DNA from: an uncultured Alphaproteobacteria bacterium
GTDB lineage: Bacteria > Pseudomonadota > Alphaproteobacteria > Rhizobiales > Aestuariivirgaceae
Assembly: GCA_963698275.1 (NCBI GenBank)
Contig: CAVOQE010000006.1
Location: 79,682-143,681 of the forward strand
Direction of reading: 5' to 3'
DNA length: 64,000 bases
The notes beneath the pieces are model-generated. The model worked only from the letters and a program-made list of their open reading frames with translations, was not told the DNA's origin and searched no databases. The position numbers were made by a program, and so were the translations under genes. Below, piece after piece: positions 38,374 through 46,720 of the stretch (position 1 is the stretch's first letter; each line of letters opens with the position of its first letter).

Positions 38374-39212
38374 TTCAAGCCTCCCTTGTCAATCGCGGCC
38401 CGATTGGCCTGCCCGCGCCTCTTTAAATGCCTGCCTGCCGACAGCAGCGAGAGGATGAACAGCAACAGCGCCGCCACTACAATGCTGGGCCCCGACGGTG
38501 TGTCAAACTTCAACGAGCCAAACAGTCCGATCACCACGCTCACCGCGCCGATCAGTGCTGCAAGAACGGCCATTTGCTCAGGCCCTGTGGCGAAGCGGCG
38601 AGCCGTGGCGGCTGGAATAATCAGCATGGCGGTGATCAGCAACACACCGACGATCTTCATGGAGATGGCGATGATCGTCGCCATCAGCAACATGAAAACG
38701 AGGTTGGCACGGTCCGGGTTCATATTCTCCGCCTGGGCGAGTTCCGGATTCACCGTTGCCGCAAACAGCGGATGCCAGATCAATGCCAGCACTGAAATCA
38801 CCATCAGTCCGCCCAGATAGATGATCGCAATGTCGGTGCGCGACACCGACAGGATATCGCCAAACAGGAAGCCCATCAAATCAACCCGTACCCAGGTCAT
38901 GAATGCCAGCACCACAAGGCCCAGCGCCAGCGCGGAATGTGACAACAGCCCCAGCAATGCGTCCGATGACAAAGTGGCGCGTTTCTGCAGCAGCAGCAGC
39001 GCAAACGACACGCACGCCGATACCGCGAAAACCGCCAGGGTAATGTTGACTTCAAACAGCAAGGCAAGTGCCACACCCAGCAATGCGGCGTGAGACAGTG
39101 TATCGCCGAAGTAAGCCAACCGTCGCCAGACAATGAAACACCCCAGGGGGCCTGCAACCAGCGCAACTCCGATACCGGCCACCAGCGCGCGGGTGAAAAA
39201 ATCATCCAGCAT
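38370..39212 (-). CDS. znuB: Zinc ABC transporter permease
   Basis: MLDDFFTRALVAGIGVALVAGPLGCFIVWRRLAYFGDTLSHAALLG is a typical ZnuB N-terminus, in a multi-TM protein. ATG 39212 overlaps znuC by 11 nt. Confidence 0.85.
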   Translation of the reverse strand: MLDDFFTRALVAGIGVALVAGPLGCFIVWRRLAYFGDTLSHAALLGVALALLFEVNITLAVFAVSACVSFALLLLQKRATLSSDALLGLLSHSALALGLVVLAFMTWVRVDLMGFLFGDILSVSRTDIAIIYLGGLMVISVLALIWHPLFAATVNPELAQAENMNPDRANLVFMLLMATIIAISMKIVGVLLITAMLIIPAATARRFATGPEQMAVLAALIGAVSVVIGLFGSLKFDTPSGPSIVVAALLLFILSLLSAGRHLKRRGQANRAAIDKGGLK

Positions 39213-40068
39213 GGCGTGCCCCTCCTGCCTTCTTGTTGTCATCGGTATCACCAGGCCCGTTACCGTGGTGATGATCATGATGTCCGTCATCGGGATGGCA
39301 GTGTTCAGTGATTGACCCGTCGGCGTGACGCACTGTGCCATCGGCTAAGTGAGTGTGGTCATGGCTGTGCTCGTATACCGCCAGGATCGAGGTGGCACGG
39401 GCGCCAAACAGTTCCTTGTATTCACTACTTGACGCCACAGCCGTTGGTGTACCCTGGCAGCACACATGGCCGTTGAGACAAATCACCCGGTCCGTTGCGG
39501 CCATCACCACATGCAGGTCGTGCGAGATAAGCAGCACGCCGCAATTCAACTGATCCCGAATGCGCCTGATCAGATCATACAAATCGATCTCGCCGGTGAA
39601 ATCCACGCCCTGAACCGGCTCATCCAGCACCAGCAGGTCAGGTTTGCGGGCAATGGCACGCGCCAACATCACGCGCTGAAATTCGCCGCCCGACAAGGTG
39701 CGCACTTCTTCATGCCGCAAGTGCAGAACACCGGTGGCCTGCATTGCCTCATCTGCTTCTGCGGCAGCCACCTTCCCCGTCAGCCGCATGAACCGCTCCA
39801 CGGTCAATGGCAATGTCCAGTCGATGGTCACTTTCTGTGGCACATAGCCGACAATGAGGCCGCTTCGCCTGGAGACACTGCCCTCATCAGGCGCGACAAT
39901 ACCAAGGGCCATCTTCGCCGTGGTCGACTTGCCGGAGCCGTTCGGACCGATCATGGTGACGATCTCACCGGCACAAACCGCAAATCCGACGCCACGCACC
40001 AGCCACCTGCCGGCGCGCTCGACACCGGCATTGGACAATTGCAGCAATGGTTCTGAAGATTTCAACAT
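39202..40068 (-). CDS. znuC: Zinc ABC transporter ATPase with His-rich C-terminal tail
   Basis: Walker A GPNGSGKST, signature LSGGEFQRV, Walker B LLVLDEPVQGVD. The tail is HSHDHTH...HCHPDDGHHDHHHG. ATG 40068 chosen. Confidence 0.85.
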   Translation of the reverse strand: MLKSSEPLLQLSNAGVERAGRWLVRGVGFAVCAGEIVTMIGPNGSGKSTTAKMALGIVAPDEGSVSRRSGLIVGYVPQKVTIDWTLPLTVERFMRLTGKVAAAEADEAMQATGVLHLRHEEVRTLSGGEFQRVMLARAIARKPDLLVLDEPVQGVDFTGEIDLYDLIRRIRDQLNCGVLLISHDLHVVMAATDRVICLNGHVCCQGTPTAVASSSEYKELFGARATSILAVYEHSHDHTHLADGTVRHADGSITEHCHPDDGHHDHHHGNGPGDTDDNKKAGGARHAG

Positions 40069-40115
40069 GTCGGCATGATTCTTTTTGGTTGCTGGCTTGC
40101 ACGGCAACATCTCAC

Positions 40116-40153
40116 ATGTTATACCATTACACAATGAGAAGTTATACCATTAC
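40116..40153. promoter_or_regulatory. Two tandem Zur boxes in the znuC / znuA divergent promoter
   Basis: ATGTTATACCATTAC (40116-40130) and AGTTATACCATTAC (40140-40153). Both closely resemble the alphaproteobacterial Zur operator core ATGTTATAACATTAC as I recall it. The 14-nt GTTATACCATTACA unit is repeated exactly. Confidence 0.7.
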
Positions 40154-40186
40154 ATTCCTGCGATGCATAACCTCAATGGACCTGAC

Positions 40187-41119
40187 ATGATCTCCCGGAA
40201 AACCCTTCTAGTCGCTGCTTCCGCCCTGCTTCTGACAGCCAACGCCGCACGTGCGGACCTCAAGGTAGTGACATCAATCAAACCCGTTCATTCACTGGTT
40301 TCGGCGGTCATGGAGGGCGTTGGAACGCCGGACCTGATAGTCACCGGCGCCGGTTCACCACACAACCATGCCCTGAAGCCGTCACAAGCCTCCCTGCTCG
40401 CAAACGCCGGCCTTGTGTTCTGGGTCGGACATGAAATGGAGGCATTTCTGGAAAAGCCAGTGGCCACCATTGGTGAGAAGGCCAAATCCATCGAACTGTT
40501 TGACACCCCTGGCCTGCGTAAACTTGAGCAGCGTGAAGGCGGTGCTTTTCAGGCCCATGACCACAAGGAAAAAGGCGGTCACAATCATGATCATGAGGAG
40601 CACGATCTTCATTTCTGGCTGGATCCGGAAAATGCGAAACTGATGACCGTTATGATTGCAGATACGCTGACGGCTGCAGACCCAGGCAACGCAGACCAGT
40701 ACCAGACCAATTCCATGGCCATGCTTGACCGGCTTGATACCCTGATCCGGGAGACCTCAACCGAACTGGCTCCCGTCAAAGACGGCAGTTTCATTGTGTT
40801 TCATGATGCATATCAATATTTTGAAACCCGGTTTGGCCTGTCTGCGGCCGGTTCCATTACAGTCAATCCCGAGGTTATGCCCGGTGCAGAACGGGTAAGC
40901 GAAATCCGGCAAAAGTTGAAGAAGAACAACGTGCAATGCGTGTTTTCTGAACCACAGTTCGAGCCGAAACTGATTGAGGTCGTCACCGAAGGGACGGAAA
41001 CGAAACCGGGCGTTCTTGATCCCCTCGGCGCAACGCTGGAGGACGGACCAGATCTCTATTTCACCCTGATCCGGAATATGGCGCAGTCGTTCAGGCAATG
41101 CCTTTCAAAATCCAGTTGA
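40187..41119 (+). CDS. znuA: Zinc ABC transporter periplasmic binding protein
   Basis: Signal peptide MISRKTLLVAASALLLTANAARA, His-rich loop HDHKEKGGHNHDHEEHDLH, and HFWLDP. ATG 40187 chosen. Confidence 0.85.
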   Translation: MISRKTLLVAASALLLTANAARADLKVVTSIKPVHSLVSAVMEGVGTPDLIVTGAGSPHNHALKPSQASLLANAGLVFWVGHEMEAFLEKPVATIGEKAKSIELFDTPGLRKLEQREGGAFQAHDHKEKGGHNHDHEEHDLHFWLDPENAKLMTVMIADTLTAADPGNADQYQTNSMAMLDRLDTLIRETSTELAPVKDGSFIVFHDAYQYFETRFGLSAAGSITVNPEVMPGAERVSEIRQKLKKNNVQCVFSEPQFEPKLIEVVTEGTETKPGVLDPLGATLEDGPDLYFTLIRNMAQSFRQCLSKSS

Positions 41120-41140
41120 TCAATACAGACCAAGCATGCC

Positions 41141-41269
41141 CTACCGCTCGCCGCCTTCTGGCAGCAACACAACATTCAATGCCACAGTGTCTTTCGTCAG
41201 TTTTCCGTCCTGCTGAAGCCGGGCCAGAATGTTCATCTCAATCCGGTCGAGCTTTACCGCGCCTGCCAT
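41141..41269 (-). pseudogene. 42-codon remnant resembling the N-terminal HTH of an Lrp/AsnC regulator
   Basis: My translation of the minus strand is MAGAVKLDRIEMNILARLQQDGKLTKDTVALNVVLLPEGGER-stop. LDRIEMNILARLQQDGKLT matches the AsnC-type HTH start, but the ligand-binding domain is absent. Confidence 0.35.
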
Positions 41270-41285
41270 CCGGCTTCACCTCGCT

Positions 41286-42008
41286 TTACGCCCGCAACGC
41301 TTCCTGATGGGCCTTCACAAGGTCCGCCATGCTGTTGAAGCGAAAATCATAATCCGGCATGTCGCCGGGGTTCATGGTTGCACCAAAACCTTCCTGGTCA
41401 AAGCGGCGATAGATCCAGCACGAGGTCAGACCATGCCGGTTGGCCGGGCCGTGATCATGGAACATGCTCTCAGCCGTATGGAGAATTTCCTCCTTTTCAA
41501 CGCCAAGCGTTTTCAACTTGTCCAGCATGTATTCAAAATTGCGGTCGGACGGTTTGTAGGAACCGACGTCCTCAGCGGTGTAGATGGCATCAAACTCAAT
41601 ATCCAGACGCGCATTGCTGCCGGCAAAGCTCTCATTGTCGACGTTCGACAGGATGACCAGCTTGAAATGCCTTTTGAGATACTTAAGGGCGCCGACACTA
41701 TCGGAAAATGCAGGCCAGTTCTTTACCGACTGGCCATAGGCTGCACACTCTTCAGGCGATGCAGACACACCCCATTCTTCGGCCAACCGCTTGTAGACAA
41801 TGGGCAGCAACTCGCAATACCGCATTGCCGGTGTCCAGGACTGTTGTGATGATTCATGGCGGGCGTGGGCCTCAAGAACATCATCGCGCGTCAGCTCACA
41901 ATCAAGCCGTGAAGTCAGAGGCTGCAGCCCGTCGACCATACCGGTTTCCCAGTCGATCAGCGTTCCATAGCAATCAAATGTCAGTGCCTTGAAGTCGGTA
42001 AGTTTCAT
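41286..42008 (-). CDS. HAD-superfamily hydrolase, haloacid dehalogenase type II-like
   Basis: Motifs FDCYGTLIDW (motif I), LSNVD and SYKPS. Confidence 0.75.
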   Translation of the reverse strand: MKLTDFKALTFDCYGTLIDWETGMVDGLQPLTSRLDCELTRDDVLEAHARHESSQQSWTPAMRYCELLPIVYKRLAEEWGVSASPEECAAYGQSVKNWPAFSDSVGALKYLKRHFKLVILSNVDNESFAGSNARLDIEFDAIYTAEDVGSYKPSDRNFEYMLDKLKTLGVEKEEILHTAESMFHDHGPANRHGLTSCWIYRRFDQEGFGATMNPGDMPDYDFRFNSMADLVKAHQEALRA

Positions 42009-42111
42009 TGCCGGGTCCTTGCTGTCAAAAATGAGCGACCGTCTTCGCTACCGGTCTGTGTCAGCTCAACCTTGCAGAATATTGTAGCGCGCAAACCTTG
42101 AATATGCCGGT

Positions 42112-42141
42112 CCGGTCAGCCTGATATATCAAGCTGACCGG
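42112..42141. repeat. 30-bp near-perfect palindrome (possible terminator or operator)
   Basis: CCGGTCAGC-cTGATATATCAa-GCTGACCGG has 9-bp outer arms and an inner TGATA/TATCA palindrome. It lies between the aas stop (42172) and the HAD start (42008). No clear U-tract on the minus strand. Confidence 0.4.
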
Positions 42142-42171
42142 TTTGACAGCATAAAATGCTGCAAGAGCAGA

Positions 42172-45100
42172 TCATCCGCCAGCCGAAACCAGTAGACCTA
42201 CACCGACATAATCGGTCTTGCCCGTCCCCAACACGGGAACCGACTTCACGTTCATGATGGTTTTCGGCACCATCAGTTCACCCAGTCCCTGCTTCTTGCA
42301 ATGGCTCTGCAGCGCGTCACGCTTTGCCTTGGCGTTGTCTGTCACCAGGACAAGCTGTTCGCCCTTGCGGGCATCAGGTATCGACACCACCGCATGCATG
42401 TTGTCCGGCCACAAGGTGCTGGCCTGGGCCTCCACAGCGGTCAGGCTGACCATCTCGCCGGCGATCTTGGCAAACCGCTTGGCCCGGCCCAGGATGGTGA
42501 TGAAGCCATGTTCATCGACATCAACTATGTCGCCGGTGTCATAGGTCTGGTCAACCGTCGCTTCCAGGACTCCGGGGTTTTCGGCACGCAGATAACCCAG
42601 CATGACATTGGGACCCTTGACGATGAGCCGACCGCCCTCAACGATACCGGGAACCGGCTGCAGCTCATATGAAATGCCCGGCAGGAAGCGGCCCACGGAG
42701 CCTGCCTTGAAATGTTGCGCCGTGTTGGTCGAAATTCCAGGCGATGTTTCGGTGGCGCCATAGCCTTCAAAAATGCGGATGCCGAATTTTTCACTCCACA
42801 CCTTGCGGGTCTCGTCCTTGACCTTTTCAGCACCGGCAAATGCATAGCGCACGGAATAAAAATCATATGCATCAGACGAGCGCGCATAGCCTGCCAGAAA
42901 CGTATCCGTCCCAAACATGATGGTGGAATTGGTGTCGTAAACCAGCGCCGGCACGATGCGGTAATGCAGTGGCGACGGGTACAGGAACGTTTTAACGCCG
43001 GCGAGCACCGGCAGCAGCGTGCCGCCGGTCAACCCGAACGAATGAAACACCGGCAGTGCGTTGAAGACGATGTCGCGCGGGTTGAAGTCCACCCGGGCCC
43101 CGAGCTGGTAGCAGTTTGCCAACAGGTTGGAGTGGCTCAGAACAACACCTTTGGGGGTGCCCTCGGAACCGGAGGTAAACAGGACAACAGCCGGATCATC
43201 CGGCGAGATCGCAAGCCTGGAATGCGCCATCCCCGCAAACGGCGCCGTGACCAGTGCCAGCGCCTTGTCCCAACCGCGGATGGAAGCCTTGATATCTTCC
43301 AGGTAGACCACTTTCACGGTTTTCTCGAACGCAGAAACCGTGTCTTCCATCTTGGCAACTTCGATGAACTTCCGCGATGTGATGACCGTCTTGATATCGG
43401 CTGCCGCAATGGCCGCCTGCATGTTTGCCAGACCGGTGGAGAAATTCAACATGGCCGGCACACGGCCTTGCGACTGCAGCGCAAAAAAGGTCACCACAGC
43501 ACCGACCGAGTTGGGCACCATCAAACCGACACGCTCGCCCTTGCCACAATAGCCGGCCAGCTTGCGGCCCATGATCCGGGCGCCCAGGACCAGTTTTCCG
43601 TAGCCGAGCGCTTTGCGCTCGATGTCTTCAAGTATCGCATGCTTGCCGCCATGCACGACTTTTGCGTCCAGCAAGGCGTCATACAAGGACCGGCGGCGGT
43701 TGCAGGTTTCAAAGATCATGTCACTCATGACATCATAAAGCTGCTGGCCGGCATGACGACGGCGGCTCTTGCCCACCAGGCCATCCTGTACGTCCAGCTT
43801 GCGCGGCGGCATGATGGTCAGCGTTATCTTGGGGAACCAGCGGGCGCGCAAAGTGCCCTTGAGCCTGGAGAAAAACGTGTACTGGGCGCCATCGATACGC
43901 ACCGGCACCAGGTCTGCGTCAGCCTGGTCTGCAATCATTGCCGGGCCTTCAAATACCTTCATCAAGGCACCGGTGACAGTGATGCGTCCTTCGGGGAATA
44001 TGACACAATGCTTGTCCTGCCTGACTTCACGCACCAGCGCCTTGGCGGCCATCGGATTTGTCGGATCCATCGGGAAAGCGTCGACGAGCCGCAGGAAGGG
44101 TTTCACCCACCAGGCATTTGCGATGTGTGTGTTGACGGCGAACAGGGGTTTGACCGGCAGAAATGCAGCCAGCAGGACCGGGTCCAGAAACGACACGTGG
44201 TTGACGACGATGACGGCCCGCTTGCCGGCCTTTTCGTAATTCTCCAGGCCCTTGACCTCGACCCGGTAAAACAGCTTGAGAATGCTGATCAGAGCTGTCT
44301 TGATCAACTGGTCCGGCAACAGCACGCATACATAGATCGCGACAATGAAATTGATCGCGGCGATACCCAGCAGGACTATTGGAATGGCAACCCCTGCCCC
44401 GATCAGCGCGGCTACGACCCCGGCTCCTGCAGTCATGAAAAACGCATTGACGATATTGTTGGCGGCAATGGTGCGCGAGCGGTCCTCATCGTCAGATCTT
44501 GCCTGCAGAATGGCGTATAACGGCACGATGAAAATACCACCGCACAGCGCCACGCCGATCAGGTCCAGCATCATGCGCAGATTGGTCCAGTCAGACAGGA
44601 AGGTCAGCCCGCCAACCAGTTCCCCGTTTGCCATCGGCTGATAGTTCATCAAGGCGAAGGAGAAATCAGCGATAAAGATGGTAATGCCGAGGGCGCCGAA
44701 CGGCGCGTGAATTGCCGTGACCTGGCCTTTCAGCAGCCGATTGCACAACATGGATCCGATGGCGATGCCGACCGTAAACAGCACCAGGAACAGCGTGACA
44801 ACGGTTTCGTCACCCTTCAGCAGGTCGCTGGCAATCGCCGGGAACAGCGACAGCAAGGTTGCACCCACCAGCCAGAACCAGGAGATGCCCAGTATGGTCA
44901 GGCGTGAAAACCTCACCGATGCCGCCTTCGACACCATGCGCCAGCTTTCGGCAACGACATTCCAGCTGATTTTCAGATCCGGGGCTGCAGCCGGCGCATC
45001 CGGTATGAAGCGGCTTGCCGCATAGCCAAGGCCGGCCAGTATCAGAACCAACCCGGAAACAACGGCAATGCCGTAGCCTGTCAAAACCAGCAGACCGCCG

Positions 45101-45591
45101 GCAATCGTGCCGGCAAGAATGGCGAGAAACGTGCCGGCCTCAATCAGCGAGTTGGCGCCGATCAGCTGACTTTCCTTCAGGTGCACCGGCAGTATGGAGT
45201 ATTTCAGCGGGCCAAAGAATGCCGATTGCGTGCCCATGAGAAACAGCACGCCAAACAGGAACCATACATCGCCGGAGAACAGCGCAGCCGCTCCCAGAAC
45301 CATGATGATGATTTCAGCCAGCTTGATCTTCCGGATCAGGCCTGCCTTGTCGAACTTGTCGGCAACCTGGCCGGCGGTGGCGGAAAACAGGAAGAACGGC
45401 AGGATGAAAATACCGCCGGCAGCCGTTGCCATCACCGCCGCATTCAGGCCGGCTTCGGCGGCAATGCGGTAAACCAGCAGGATAGCCAGCGCGTTCTTGT
45501 ACACATTGTCGTTCAGGGCACCCAGCGCCTGGGTCACAAACAATGGCAGAAAGCGTTTCGACCTCAGCAAGGCAAATTGGGAATTATCCAT
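42172..45591 (-). CDS. aas: Tri-domain fusion: LplT-like MFS lysophospholipid transporter + PlsC-type acyltransferase + acyl-ACP synthetase (Aas)
   Basis: The N-terminal ~420 aa form a 12-TM MFS domain. The middle carries HVSFLDP (HX4D acyltransferase motif) and FPEGRIT. The C-terminus has AMP-binding motifs FTSGSEGTPKGV, YGATE and TGD. Confidence 0.85.
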   Translation of the reverse strand: MDNSQFALLRSKRFLPLFVTQALGALNDNVYKNALAILLVYRIAAEAGLNAAVMATAAGGIFILPFFLFSATAGQVADKFDKAGLIRKIKLAEIIIMVLGAAALFSGDVWFLFGVLFLMGTQSAFFGPLKYSILPVHLKESQLIGANSLIEAGTFLAILAGTIAGGLLVLTGYGIAVVSGLVLILAGLGYAASRFIPDAPAAAPDLKISWNVVAESWRMVSKAASVRFSRLTILGISWFWLVGATLLSLFPAIASDLLKGDETVVTLFLVLFTVGIAIGSMLCNRLLKGQVTAIHAPFGALGITIFIADFSFALMNYQPMANGELVGGLTFLSDWTNLRMMLDLIGVALCGGIFIVPLYAILQARSDDEDRSRTIAANNIVNAFFMTAGAGVVAALIGAGVAIPIVLLGIAAINFIVAIYVCVLLPDQLIKTALISILKLFYRVEVKGLENYEKAGKRAVIVVNHVSFLDPVLLAAFLPVKPLFAVNTHIANAWWVKPFLRLVDAFPMDPTNPMAAKALVREVRQDKHCVIFPEGRITVTGALMKVFEGPAMIADQADADLVPVRIDGAQYTFFSRLKGTLRARWFPKITLTIMPPRKLDVQDGLVGKSRRRHAGQQLYDVMSDMIFETCNRRRSLYDALLDAKVVHGGKHAILEDIERKALGYGKLVLGARIMGRKLAGYCGKGERVGLMVPNSVGAVVTFFALQSQGRVPAMLNFSTGLANMQAAIAAADIKTVITSRKFIEVAKMEDTVSAFEKTVKVVYLEDIKASIRGWDKALALVTAPFAGMAHSRLAISPDDPAVVLFTSGSEGTPKGVVLSHSNLLANCYQLGARVDFNPRDIVFNALPVFHSFGLTGGTLLPVLAGVKTFLYPSPLHYRIVPALVYDTNSTIMFGTDTFLAGYARSSDAYDFYSVRYAFAGAEKVKDETRKVWSEKFGIRIFEGYGATETSPGISTNTAQHFKAGSVGRFLPGISYELQPVPGIVEGGRLIVKGPNVMLGYLRAENPGVLEATVDQTYDTGDIVDVDEHGFITILGRAKRFAKIAGEMVSLTAVEAQASTLWPDNMHAVVSIPDARKGEQLVLVTDNAKAKRDALQSHCKKQGLGELMVPKTIMNVKSVPVLGTGKTDYVGVGLLVSAGG

Positions 45592-46576
45592 TATGGTGTG
45601 TCCTTACGTTTTCGAAACGGCCTGACTTGAGAAAATTCTGAACCGGCAGCTCAATTTCCGGCGACCTTGCGACAAATCCATGAAGACCGGGTAAAACCAT
45701 GAAATCCTTAGCGCCTTCAAGGCGGGTTTCATTAACCGCCACCGTGCCATCGTCGTCTCCTGGTACAAACGGGTTATACCCTTGAGAATTTCCCAGGCCG
45801 CCGGCAATGATGCCAAAAGGGATGTTTGGAACGGGAAGGCTCGCGACTTTTGCAGGGGTCAATTGCTGGCCGGCAGACCCGTAGACCAGTTTATAGGGCC
45901 ATGCGGGTTGCAGCGCCTGTGCTATGAGCGAACCCTGGCTTGGCGGCGCAATCATGACCAGCCGCCCAGGCGTGATGCGTGATTTCCACCCGCCGCCCCG
46001 GGCCAGCAAGCGACGCACAATAATGCCGCCCATGGAATGGGTTACGAACGAAACTTCATCCACACCCTGCAAGCGCTGCAGCAGCCTTTCCAGTTGTGCC
46101 GCGTGATCCTCGATCAATCCTCGTGTGCTGGGATAGCTGATGGCATGAGCCTCAAGCCCGGCCTTGCGCAATTTGTCCGGCAAGTCCCCAAAAGTTGCGG
46201 GCCCGCGCCCGATGCCATGCACAAGCAGCACGAGATGCCGGTTTTGGGGTGCTGCAACCTTGCGCTTCATCAGTTCACCCAGGCAGTCCGCATAGCTGCC
46301 CCAGGCGTGGCGGACGTTTTTCTCATCCAGCAGCCGGTGGTGCCCGGACCAGACATGGCGCTGAATACGCCAGCCGCCGCGCAGGTTTTCGTCTGCCCAC
46401 AATTGCGTCCCCCCGAGCGTCGGCAAAGCCACGTTCAGGTTTTCAGCGCGAAGCGGCGCAGACAGCAGCCCGATAATGAACAGGCTTGCGACCACAAGGG
46501 CGCACAAAACCCCGCCATGCAGGAGTCCCGAAAGGGATCCTATGTCATTGAGTTGATTGGGTCGGCGGATCAGCAT
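45584..46576 (-). CDS. Alpha/beta hydrolase (lipase/esterase-like), membrane-anchored or secreted
   Basis: N-terminal hydrophobic segment, LLVHGIG, and nucleophile elbow THSMGG. Its stop overlaps the aas start by 8 nt. Confidence 0.75.
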   Translation of the reverse strand: MLIRRPNQLNDIGSLSGLLHGGVLCALVVASLFIIGLLSAPLRAENLNVALPTLGGTQLWADENLRGGWRIQRHVWSGHHRLLDEKNVRHAWGSYADCLGELMKRKVAAPQNRHLVLLVHGIGRGPATFGDLPDKLRKAGLEAHAISYPSTRGLIEDHAAQLERLLQRLQGVDEVSFVTHSMGGIIVRRLLARGGGWKSRITPGRLVMIAPPSQGSLIAQALQPAWPYKLVYGSAGQQLTPAKVASLPVPNIPFGIIAGGLGNSQGYNPFVPGDDDGTVAVNETRLEGAKDFMVLPGLHGFVARSPEIELPVQNFLKSGRFENVRTHHNG

Positions 46577-46635
46577 TGTATCGGTTTCCTTCCAAACAGC
46601 ATTGATCAGGCTTGCAACAGTCTGAAAATCAATTT

Positions 46636-46706
46636 ATGAACATTGTTCATGAGTGTGTTATAAGCCACCTACGAACGCTGTTCAAGAATAATTTGAACGC
46701 CGTTCA
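46636..46706. promoter_or_regulatory. Three TGAAC-N3-GTTCA-type palindromes (candidate TetR operators)
   Basis: ATGAAC-att-GTTCAT (46636-46650), GAAC-gct-GTTC (46673-46683) and TGAAC-gcc-GTTCA (46694-46706). All lie in the 144-bp divergent region between the hydrolase and TetR genes. Confidence 0.65.
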
Positions 46707-46720
46707 CAAATGAGGTAAAA

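Noticed and set aside
41098-41307. 69-aa plus-strand ORF spanning the znuA end and the intergenic region
   Set aside because: It overlaps the znuA 3' end in another frame, has no SD, and is Pro/Ser/Ala-rich. The minus-strand AsnC-like mini-ORF explains the region better.
42712-44520. 602-aa plus-strand ORF antisense to the aas fusion gene
   Set aside because: Shadow of a 1139-aa gene with unambiguous MFS, HX4D and AMP-binding motifs. The antisense product is low-complexity (R, G, H, Q, D).
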